Source: Thermoplasmata archaeon (GTDB taxonomy: Archaea > Thermoplasmatota > Thermoplasmata > Lutacidiplasmatales > UBA184). Taken from it: a DNA stretch of 46,261 nt. The position numbers and the translations under genes are program-made. The notes beneath the pieces are model-generated. The model saw only the letters and a list, made by a program, of their open reading frames with translations. It was not told the DNA's origin and searched no databases. Of this stretch, positions 19,528 through 27,060 are shown in pieces. How positions within the stretch are numbered: the stretch's first letter is position 1; each line of letters begins with the position of its first letter. Location: NCBI GenBank assembly GCA_030039715.1, contig JASHVA010000033.1, forward strand, positions 1 to 46,261, in the 5' to 3' direction.

Positions 19528-20376
19528 CTACGACAGGGGCCCGAAGAAGCAGAGATGGATCGGCGTCTCGTTCGCGAGCTGCGAGGTCGAGCCGACGGAG
19601 TAGTCGCCCTGCAGGGTGTTCAGGTGGCCGTTGACGGTCGGTCCGATCTCGTTGTACGCCGAGAGGTTCCCCGTCGCCTCGTCGACCTGGAGAAGGACCT
19701 GCGGCAGGGGGAGGACCGCAGGTCCCGTGAGGTTGTTCGCCGAGTTCGCGGGGTCGTAGGTCGAGCCGTGGCAGGAGCAGTGGATGTAGAACGGCTGGCT
19801 CGGCATGTTCGGCGTGTTGAACGTCTGCGAGCAGACTCCCGGCGGATAGTACGCGATCGCCGGCGCCGGGCAGCCGAGATGCTGGCAGATGGCGCTGTAG
19901 GCGACGATCGACTTGTTCGTCCCGACTCCGTACGGTACGTTCCACGCGCCGGGATTCGAGGCGCTCGGCTGCTCGCCGTTCGACGGGGAGAGGTTCAGGA
20001 GGAAATTGGGCTCGTTGCGGAGCGGGTAGTTGAAGATGTAGAGGTTCTCGGTGTCGACGGAGTACTCGCTCTCGACCTTGTCGACCGTGAGCGCGGCCCC
20101 GTCGACGTCGAGGAGCTGGGTCAGGGGAAAGCTCGAGATACCGACCGTCGGGGGCTGGACGTACTGCAGGGTCCCGCCGACGAGCCCGCCGGCTCCGGCC
20201 CCGACGAGCCCCGCGACGGCGAGCAGCTTGAGGACGTTGCGCTTCGTCTCGTCGACATCCCCATCGTCCTCCGCTTCCACCCTCGCCACGCGCCGGAGCT
20301 GGCCGACCGGAAAGTCGAGCGCGGGATCTCGCGCCTGGACGAACGGGCAGGAGCCGGGGCAGTCCTCGGGCCTCAT
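19528..20376 (-). CDS. Rieske [2Fe-2S] protein
   Basis: CQHLGC and CSCHGS boxes; Tat-like TKRNVLK followed by a TM anchor. Confidence 0.93.
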   Translation of the reverse strand: MRPEDCPGSCPFVQARDPALDFPVGQLRRVARVEAEDDGDVDETKRNVLKLLAVAGLVGAGAGGLVGGTLQYVQPPTVGISSFPLTQLLDVDGAALTVDKVESEYSVDTENLYIFNYPLRNEPNFLLNLSPSNGEQPSASNPGAWNVPYGVGTNKSIVAYSAICQHLGCPAPAIAYYPPGVCSQTFNTPNMPSQPFYIHCSCHGSTYDPANSANNLTGPAVLPLPQVLLQVDEATGNLSAYNEIGPTVNGHLNTLQGDYSVGSTSQLANETPIHLCFFGPLS

Positions 20377-20558
20377 CCGAGCGTCCTCCCGCGGGTGTCG
20401 GGCACCGCGTCGTCCGCCTCGTGCGGGTCGGGTACGACCGCCTCGCCCGGGAGCTCGGCCCGGTCGCTGCCGTAGTAGACGGCCCAGGTGATCCCGATCC
20501 CCATCAGGATCACGAGGACCTCGGTCATCTCGACGATCTGGTCGGCGGAGAGCGTCAT
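20373..20558 (-). CDS. Small single-TM protein (61 aa)
   Basis: ATG 20558 (MTLSADQ); ATGA-coupled on both sides. Confidence 0.62.
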   Translation of the reverse strand: MTLSADQIVEMTEVLVILMGIGITWAVYYGSDRAELPGEAVVPDPHEADDAVPDTRGRTLG

Positions 20559-20947
20559 CGGCGCGCCTCCGACTCCGGGACGACCGCGGGCACGGTCATC
20601 GACCACGTCGCCATCGGGTAGCCGCCGGTCCACGGGCCCCACGCGGGCTCGACGGGGCGGACGGGGAGGATCGCGGGCGGCGTCGTCACCGCGACGGGCA
20701 CGCCGCTCGTCCGGGGCGGTACCGGGTCGAGGCCGAGCAGCGCCCCGCGGATCGAAAGGGGGCCTCCGACCGGCGCGGGGAGCTCGGCCGCCTTCGTGAA
20801 CTCCGCGAGCAGCTCCTGCTTCAGCTGGCCGGCGCGCGCGTACCAGCGTCCGAGCTGTCGGAGGACCTCCCCGTTCTCCTTGCCGAGCAGAAGGAACGCC
20901 GCCGCCCCGAGCACGATCGCCCAGTCGACGTCGGAGAAGAGCGCCAC
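20555..20947 (-). CDS. Divergent TatA/TatB-like protein
   Basis: N-terminal TM helix, then G, then an amphipathic helix (LRQLGRW..); directly follows tatC. Confidence 0.65.
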   Translation of the reverse strand: MALFSDVDWAIVLGAAAFLLLGKENGEVLRQLGRWYARAGQLKQELLAEFTKAAELPAPVGGPLSIRGALLGLDPVPPRTSGVPVAVTTPPAILPVRPVEPAWGPWTGGYPMATWSMTVPAVVPESEARR

Positions 20948-20953
20948 GCTAGC

Positions 20954-21793
20954 TCACCCCGCGCCCACCGCCAGCCGGGGCGGTTCGGGCGGCGCGTCGC
21001 GGCGCCGTTCCCAGCGACCTGCGAAGAACGCACCGGCGAAGTAGAGCGCGATCATCGGGGCCGCGATGAGGCACATCGTGATCCCGGAGTTGTCGGGCGT
21101 GACGATCATGCCGAAGACGAGCGCGCCGAGGACGGCGCCCCGCCAATGCTTCCGCCAGACCGACGCCTTGACGACCCCGAGCCGGGTGAGCGCGTAGATG
21201 AAGACGGGTAGCTCGAAGACGATCCCGAAGGCGATCGAGTAGAGGAGCGCGAAGGTGACGAAGTCCTGCACCCCGAGGGTGTAGGGGGCGAGCCCCATCG
21301 CCCCGACGTAGAAGAACAACAGGCGGAACGTGAACGGGGTGAGCCAGAGCACGCCCGCCGCCGTGCCGATCGCGAAGAGCACCGTCGCCGGGATCCCGAT
21401 CTGGCGGAGGAGCGCGCGCTCGTTCTTCCGCAAGGCCGGAACGAGGAACGCGCCGACCTCGTGAACGACCCACGGCATCCCGACGATCAACGCGACCAGG
21501 AGGCCGATCTCCATCTGGACGAAGATCGAGTCGCCCACCCCGACGTTGATCAGCTGGACGTTCGGCGGGAGCATCCACGCGCGCATCGCGCGGAACAGTT
21601 GCGCGGTGATGTTGTAGAACGGGCTCGGGAACGGGTAGGCGAACGGCACGTTCACGCCGAGGAACCGGAAGGAGAACGGTACGAGCTCGAAGAAGAGGAC
21701 GAAGCCGAAGATGCCGGCGAGCACGAAGGCGATCCGTACGACGCGGCGACGGACCTCCTGGAGGACCGTGAGGATGCGGCTGAGGTCCGACAC
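20954..21793 (-). CDS. tatC: Tat translocase subunit TatC
   Basis: EVRRR, FLVPALRKNE, FELP and TPD motifs. Confidence 0.93.
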   Translation of the reverse strand: MSDLSRILTVLQEVRRRVVRIAFVLAGIFGFVLFFELVPFSFRFLGVNVPFAYPFPSPFYNITAQLFRAMRAWMLPPNVQLINVGVGDSIFVQMEIGLLVALIVGMPWVVHEVGAFLVPALRKNERALLRQIGIPATVLFAIGTAAGVLWLTPFTFRLLFFYVGAMGLAPYTLGVQDFVTFALLYSIAFGIVFELPVFIYALTRLGVVKASVWRKHWRGAVLGALVFGMIVTPDNSGITMCLIAAPMIALYFAGAFFAGRWERRRDAPPEPPRLAVGAG

Positions 21794-21900
21794 CGTTCAC
21801 CCCTCGGCCTCCCGGAAGGACGGGGCGACCGCCCCGCACGCGGGGCTCCCGTCAGCCGGTCGGTGTCGCTCCTCGGGCATTCCGGGTGCGGACGGTCGGT

Positions 21901-22104
21901 CTAGTGGCCCGGCCCGGTGGCGGGCGCGCCGCTCGCCGAGGCCTGGTCCGCCTTGATCTCCCGTTCGACCTCGAGTCGGCCCTTCTTGAACTCGCCCACG
22001 GAGCGCCCCAGGCTGTGCGCGAGCTGCGGGATCTTGCTCGACCCGTAGAACAGAATCCCCGCCACCACCGCGATGATCAGCCAGTCGTCGAGAGAATCGA
22101 ACAT
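21901..22104 (-). CDS. tatA: Tat translocase subunit TatA
   Basis: ILFYGSSKIPQLAHSLGRSVGEFKKG. Confidence 0.93.
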   Translation of the reverse strand: MFDSLDDWLIIAVVAGILFYGSSKIPQLAHSLGRSVGEFKKGRLEVEREIKADQASASGAPATGPGH

Positions 22105-22207
22105 CGTCTCCCCCGCCGTCCGAGCGGCCAGTGGAACGATATGGCGTTCGTACGGGACGAACCAACGGGTACGGAGTGTCCGTACCCGCGGTAGATAAGG
22201 AGCGGGC

Positions 22208-23251
22208 CTACGCCGCCTCGACCATCACGGTCTCGGTGCCGGCCGAGACCGCCCGGTCGATGGCGATCTCCGCGAGCAGCGAAAGGCAGCCCGCGCCGCG
22301 CCCGAGCAGGAGGGAGGCGGAGCGCAGCCCTCCCTTGAACGTCGGGCTACCCCGACGGTCGGCCTGCGCCTCGGCGAGGTCCGCGAGCCGGGCCGTGTCG
22401 TTGTACACCTCGCAGGCATGGTCGAGCGACGGGTGCATCAGCGTGTCGACGACCGTCTTCAGGTGGGCCTTCATCTCGGGGAGAACGCCCGCGAGGGCGT
22501 CGGCGCTCCCGCCGGGCAGCTTCGCGACCTCGTCGTTGAGGGTGCGGAGCGTCGCGGTGAAGAGCTCGGTCAGCTCCTCGAGCGCGTGGACGACGACCCG
22601 CCACTCGAGCAGCTGGCGGGGGTCGGGGCTCCCGATACGACGGGCGAGCGACCAGTCGCGGCTCGCGAGGAACAGCTGGCGGACGAGCAGCGCGAGCACC
22701 TTGCTCCCCTCCTCCTCGAGCGTCGCGACCCGTCGGCTCCGCTGCCGACGGCTCAGGAGCTCTTCGGTCTCCTCGAGGAACGCGACCAGGATCATCTTCA
22801 TGCGCTGGACGAGCTGGGGAAGCCCGTACTTCGACGGGTCGATGAAGTTCTGGAGGACGACGCGCGTCGGCTCCTGCGAGACGACGGAGACGCCGAGAAG
22901 TCCCCGCGCGGTCTGCTGCAGTTCCTCGATCCGCTCCGGCGCGAGCGGGAGGTCGGTCCGGATCTCGATCGCGTCGTGACCGACGCGATACGCCCCGACG
23001 ACGAGTCGCTCGAGGACGCCGGGCGTGTCGAACGACCGGGCGCTCACGAGGTACGGCGCGCCGCTGACCGCGGCGCCGGGGATCGGCGCCGGCTTGAGGA
23101 ACAGCGTTCCGTCGTCGTTCTGGTCGAAGACAATGAGGTCGCCCGGCCGCAGGTTCATCGCCTCCGCCCACGGCTTCGGCAGGGTGACCGCGATCGACGA
23201 GTGTCCGGCCTTCAGTACGCGGCGCTCCCGACTCGGCTGTCCCCACGCCAT
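22208..23251 (-). CDS. AbrB/MazE DNA-binding + PhoU-like domain regulator
   Basis: ERRVLKAGHSSIAVTLPKPWA (AbrB-like) and VGAYRVGHD, followed by a helical PhoU-like body. Confidence 0.82.
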   Translation of the reverse strand: MAWGQPSRERRVLKAGHSSIAVTLPKPWAEAMNLRPGDLIVFDQNDDGTLFLKPAPIPGAAVSGAPYLVSARSFDTPGVLERLVVGAYRVGHDAIEIRTDLPLAPERIEELQQTARGLLGVSVVSQEPTRVVLQNFIDPSKYGLPQLVQRMKMILVAFLEETEELLSRRQRSRRVATLEEEGSKVLALLVRQLFLASRDWSLARRIGSPDPRQLLEWRVVVHALEELTELFTATLRTLNDEVAKLPGGSADALAGVLPEMKAHLKTVVDTLMHPSLDHACEVYNDTARLADLAEAQADRRGSPTFKGGLRSASLLLGRGAGCLSLLAEIAIDRAVSAGTETVMVEAA

Positions 23252-23322
23252 CTCGTTCCCCGAACCTACTACGAGGTCCGTAGGTTATAGAAGGGGTCGG
23301 ATTTGAACGTTGCGCCGCCGGC

Positions 23323-24054
23323 CTACCCCTTCAGCTCGGGCGGACCGGCCGGCGTTTCCTCGGGCGGCGGGCTCTCGGGCTCGGGGTAGCCGAGCCGCTG
23401 GGGCGGCATCTCGTAGGTCGAGCCGCGGCGCCGGCCGACGACGAAGCCGAGCACGAGCGCGATCACGACGAGCGCGACGATCACCCCGACGATGATGAAC
23501 ACCGCGGCTCCGGGGTTCGTGTCGGCGGTCGTGACGGTCAGGTTCGCCGGAAGGTTCATCCCGAAGGCGATGAACCCGTACATCCCGTTCGTGAAGTGCC
23601 CGGGCTCCGTGCAGATGAACTCGTACCAGCCCACCGCGGGGACCGTGAGGTTGCCGAACACCACGTCGCCGGGGTTTCCGACCGCGGAGGCATTGATCCC
23701 GAGGAGAGGGGCCGGCGTCTTGCCGTAGGCGAGCTGGTCGATCTGCGCGCTCGAGTAGTCCGAAGGGATCACCCAGCCTTGCTTGCCGATGATGTAGAAC
23801 GTGTGGTCGACCACGTCGGTGTCGGTGAACATGACCTCCACGGTGGTGTTGACCGCGACCTGCTGGAAGGTGTTCGGAGTGAACGAGAAGCCGGCCTCGG
23901 CGGTGACCTGGACCAGCGTGCTCGCGTCGACCGTCACGGCGTCGCTCGCGGCCCGCGCCGGCGCCGTCAAGTAGAATGCCGCCGCCCCGCCGGCGACGAG
24001 CAGCGCCGCGACGAAGAGCGCGGCCGCCGCCCTGCGCGCTCCGCGAATGCTCAT
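23323..24054 (-). CDS. Membrane-anchored blue copper (rusticyanin/sulfocyanin-like) protein
   Basis: Signal peptide, HTF, type-1 Cu site CTEPGHFTNGM and a C-terminal TM helix. Confidence 0.85.
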   Translation of the reverse strand: MSIRGARRAAAALFVAALLVAGGAAAFYLTAPARAASDAVTVDASTLVQVTAEAGFSFTPNTFQQVAVNTTVEVMFTDTDVVDHTFYIIGKQGWVIPSDYSSAQIDQLAYGKTPAPLLGINASAVGNPGDVVFGNLTVPAVGWYEFICTEPGHFTNGMYGFIAFGMNLPANLTVTTADTNPGAAVFIIVGVIVALVVIALVLGFVVGRRRGSTYEMPPQRLGYPEPESPPPEETPAGPPELKG

Positions 24055-24111
24055 GCGCCCGTCCGCCCCGCTCGGATGCCGGGGACGGGAGGTGTCGTTC
24101 AAAGCCCCTTG

Positions 24112-24190
24112 GTACGAACCGGGCCGCGGCCCCGACGACGACCCGTGCGACGACCGACCGGTTCGTACGCGGGCCATATGTAGCTACATA
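24112..24190. promoter_or_regulatory. Divergent promoter with an 11-bp inverted repeat and a 14-bp palindrome
   Basis: GTACGAACCGG (24112-24122) pairs with CCGGTTCGTAC (24158-24168); TATGTAGCTACATA at 24177-24190. Confidence 0.6.
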
Positions 24191-24195
24191 CTCCC

Positions 24196-24435
24196 GTGCG
24201 GAGCGTGACGTCGCGCGGACCCCCGGCGGGGGTCACAGCTGCCGCGCTCGCCGCCCCGGGGCTCGACGCGGGCCGCATCCTCGCCTCGGGGGAGACTCCG
24301 CTCCAGCTCACCGAGCCACTGCTCTGGGTGATGCTCGCCCTAACGGTCGCAGGGGCGATCGTGACGTTCGCGTTCCTCGTCTACGCGGTCTGGAAGTTCC
24401 GGGACCCGACCAACCGGTGGCGGCGCCATGGTTAG
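24196..24435 (+). CDS. Cytochrome oxidase subunit II N-terminal piece (TM1)
   Basis: TM helix ending FLVYAVWKFR...RHG, typical of CoxII TM1 and the following loop. Start may be GTG 24205. Confidence 0.65.
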   Translation: MRSVTSRGPPAGVTAAALAAPGLDAGRILASGETPLQLTEPLLWVMLALTVAGAIVTFAFLVYAVWKFRDPTNRWRRHG

Positions 24436-24886
24436 CAAGTGGGAGATCGCCTGGACGCTCGCGACGGTGGTCATGCTGGCCGGCGTCGCCGCCTACTCGA
24501 CGATCCTCCTCTACCAACTGGATGCGCTGCCCGCCGATCCGACGGAATACGTCGAGGTGATCGGGCACCAGTGGTACTGGGAGTTCTGCTACCAGAACAC
24601 GAGCTGCTACAACTCCTCGTACGACGCGACCACGAACACCGTGAGCGGCGGGGCATTATGGGCCCCGCCCGGCGCCGTGGTGCAGATCAACGTCACCGGG
24701 GCCGACGTCATCCATTCGTTCAACATCCCGCAGCTCGGGGTCCGGATCGACGCGATCCCCGGCCGGATGAACTACTTCGCGTTCACGGTCCCGAATGCGC
24801 CCGCCGGGACCTCCTACCTCATCCAGTGCACGGAATTCTGCGGCGAGTTCCACGGAACGATGCGTTCGTTCCTCGAGATCACGTAG
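24428..24886 (+). CDS. coxB: Cytochrome oxidase subunit II C-terminal piece (TM2 + CuA)
   Basis: EIAWT, HQWYW, DVIHSF, DAIPG and CTEFCGEFHGTM motifs. Confidence 0.92.
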   Translation: MVSKWEIAWTLATVVMLAGVAAYSTILLYQLDALPADPTEYVEVIGHQWYWEFCYQNTSCYNSSYDATTNTVSGGALWAPPGAVVQINVTGADVIHSFNIPQLGVRIDAIPGRMNYFAFTVPNAPAGTSYLIQCTEFCGEFHGTMRSFLEIT

Positions 24887-24938
24887 GCCGGGGCCGATCG
24901 GCCCACCCGCACCCTCCGCCCCGGTTCCGGCCCTCGGT

Positions 24939-25967
24939 CTAGTGGTGCCCCTCGCCGGGCTTCGAGGGGAACCGTCCCGAGTAGGAGGCGACCACGGCCA
25001 CGAGGACCCCGATGCCGAGGAGCCCGACCGAGCCGAAGAGCACCCACGTCTCCACGATCGCGGTCGACGGCGGAGCGACCGGCGCGGGCGGCGGGACGCC
25101 GACGTACAGCTCGCCCGTCATGCCGTTCGCGAAGTGGCCCGGTATCGTGCAGATGTACTGGTAGACCCCGGCGTGTCGCACCGTGAAGTTCGCCCAGGTC
25201 GTGGTCCCGACACCGGAGCCGACCGCCTGGTTCACGAACGGGGCGTTCGTCGTGAAGGTGTCCGTGAAGTTCGCCGGAGAGAGCGTGTAGTTCGAGAGCG
25301 AAGAGACCGTGAACGTGTGGCCGAGGCTCCCCTGGTTCGTGATCAGCACGTCGATCACGATCGGGTAGTGCGAGGAGTTGGCCGCGAGGACGGCCGGGAC
25401 GAAGGCGTAGCTGTCGGTCGTGTTCTCCATCAGCAGCACGCCCGGACCGGTCGCGGTGAGGTTGACGAAGCCGGACATGCCGGCCTGGAACTGGTAGGGG
25501 ACGACGGAGACGAACTCGAACGACTCGCCGCTCGTGGAGGCGTTGAACGTGACGTTCGCCCAGGCGGTCCCCCCGGGGGCGACGCTGACGTTCGCGAGCG
25601 AGCCGTTCGTCGCGAAGAAGGCGTCCAGCTGCGCCGGCGTCCACGCCGGATCGAGCACGACGTTGGGAACGCGCGAGAGCGTGAAGGTGTGATCGTACGA
25701 CCCGTTGTTGACGAGCTCCACCGACAAGGTCGCGTTCGGGTTCGCGCTGAGCGAGCTCGGAGCGAAGCGGGGCTGGTCGGTCAGGTTGACGGTCGCGCTG
25801 GTGTTCGCCCCTTCGGGGTGGGAGAAGCCCACGAGCGCGGGGCTGGGGAGCGCGCCGAGGGCGGCGGCGGACGGCAATCCCACCGTGGCCAGGAGGAGGC
25901 CGGCGACGAGCCACGGAAGGGCCCGACGCACGGGAGGGGAGAGGCGGCGCGTCCGCACGTCGGTCAC
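24939..25967 (-). CDS. Membrane-anchored tandem two-cupredoxin-domain protein
   Basis: GTG 25967, signal peptide and two HTFT repeats. Domain 2 has CTIPGHFANGM and domain 1 has SVVPYQFQAGM; C-terminal TM helix. Confidence 0.82.
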   Translation of the reverse strand: MTDVRTRRLSPPVRRALPWLVAGLLLATVGLPSAAALGALPSPALVGFSHPEGANTSATVNLTDQPRFAPSSLSANPNATLSVELVNNGSYDHTFTLSRVPNVVLDPAWTPAQLDAFFATNGSLANVSVAPGGTAWANVTFNASTSGESFEFVSVVPYQFQAGMSGFVNLTATGPGVLLMENTTDSYAFVPAVLAANSSHYPIVIDVLITNQGSLGHTFTVSSLSNYTLSPANFTDTFTTNAPFVNQAVGSGVGTTTWANFTVRHAGVYQYICTIPGHFANGMTGELYVGVPPPAPVAPPSTAIVETWVLFGSVGLLGIGVLVAVVASYSGRFPSKPGEGHH

Positions 25968-26038
25968 GGTGTCCCCTGACGGCGGTCGGACCTGGGGACG
26001 GTTGATATGAGTGTTGTACGAATCGCCCGCCGGTGGGC

Positions 26039-26998
26039 TCACGGGCCACCGGCCGGCGCGGGGGCGCCCGCCGGGGTCGCGGCGGACTCCTCGCCGTCCG
26101 AGACGGAGCGGGCGAGCCACGGACGCTCGCTCGAGCCGGACCAGAACCGTCGCAGGAGCCCCGCGATCTCGGCCGTCATCACGACGGCCGTGACCGAACC
26201 GTACAGGAGGACAGCGGCCACCGCCCCCCCGGTCGCGACCAGCGTGAGTCCGGCGACGGTCATCGCGAGGAACGCGAAGGAGAGGCCGACGAGGAACCCG
26301 AGTTGCTCGAGCCGGACGTCCCGGCGGCGCGCGACGCCGTAGGCGAGGTAGCCGAAGACGGCGCCCATGAGGACGGCCATCGCGACGCCGCCGACGATGG
26401 GGTAGCTCGTCACCCACGGCCCGATGACGGCCGAGGCGGTGAGCGCCGCGAGCGCCCGCCGCTCGAGGCGCGCGAGCGGCGCCCAGGCGACCAGCGCCGC
26501 CATGATCGACGCCATCGACCAGAAGAACCAGACCGAGGAGACGCCGAGCGCGACCGTCGGGACCGTGGCGAGCGGGGTCGACTCCCCTCCAAGAGCGAAC
26601 AGGAACCCCATCAGCACCTCGGAACCCGTGGTCATCACCGCGAGGCCGATCGGCCACGACCAGTCCGCGGGGCGCACGCGGCGGTCCTGGAAGACGATCA
26701 ACCCGATGAACCAGAGGCCCGCCGGGCCCATCATCATGAAGTTGAACGCGAGGAGGACGAACGTCCAGGAGGAGGTGGGGTCGTTCGAAAGGAAGACGAA
26801 GACGAGGGCGAGGAGGAGGACGCTGCCCCCTCCGATCACGGCGAGCGCGAGCGCGAGCTGCGTCACGAGCGGGGGACGGCCGGAGCTCGGCAAGGAGAGC
26901 CCGAAGACGACGATCGTGATCGCGATCATCGAGCCCGCGATCGCCGCGAACGGGGCGAGGGAGGCGTCGACGTCGAGCGGGGGCAGGGGGAAGGGCAC
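26039..26998 (-). CDS. Polytopic membrane protein of unknown function (about 9-10 TM)
   Basis: Continuous hydrophobic helices from GTG 26998. Confidence 0.7.
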   Translation of the reverse strand: MPFPLPPLDVDASLAPFAAIAGSMIAITIVVFGLSLPSSGRPPLVTQLALALAVIGGGSVLLLALVFVFLSNDPTSSWTFVLLAFNFMMMGPAGLWFIGLIVFQDRRVRPADWSWPIGLAVMTTGSEVLMGFLFALGGESTPLATVPTVALGVSSVWFFWSMASIMAALVAWAPLARLERRALAALTASAVIGPWVTSYPIVGGVAMAVLMGAVFGYLAYGVARRRDVRLEQLGFLVGLSFAFLAMTVAGLTLVATGGAVAAVLLYGSVTAVVMTAEIAGLLRRFWSGSSERPWLARSVSDGEESAATPAGAPAPAGGP

Positions 26999-27060
26999 GG
27001 AGGTCCTCGCGAGGGGGCCAGCGCCACCGCCGCTTTTGGGGGGTCCGTACCGACCGGGAG

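Noticed and set aside
21800..21900. Alternative GC hairpins between tatA and tatC as an attenuator
   Set aside because: Stems of 6-7 bp made only of G/C are expected by chance at this composition.
24433..24435. TAG read-through (pyrrolysine) in coxB
   Set aside because: The downstream half is in a different frame, so read-through would not join the two parts.
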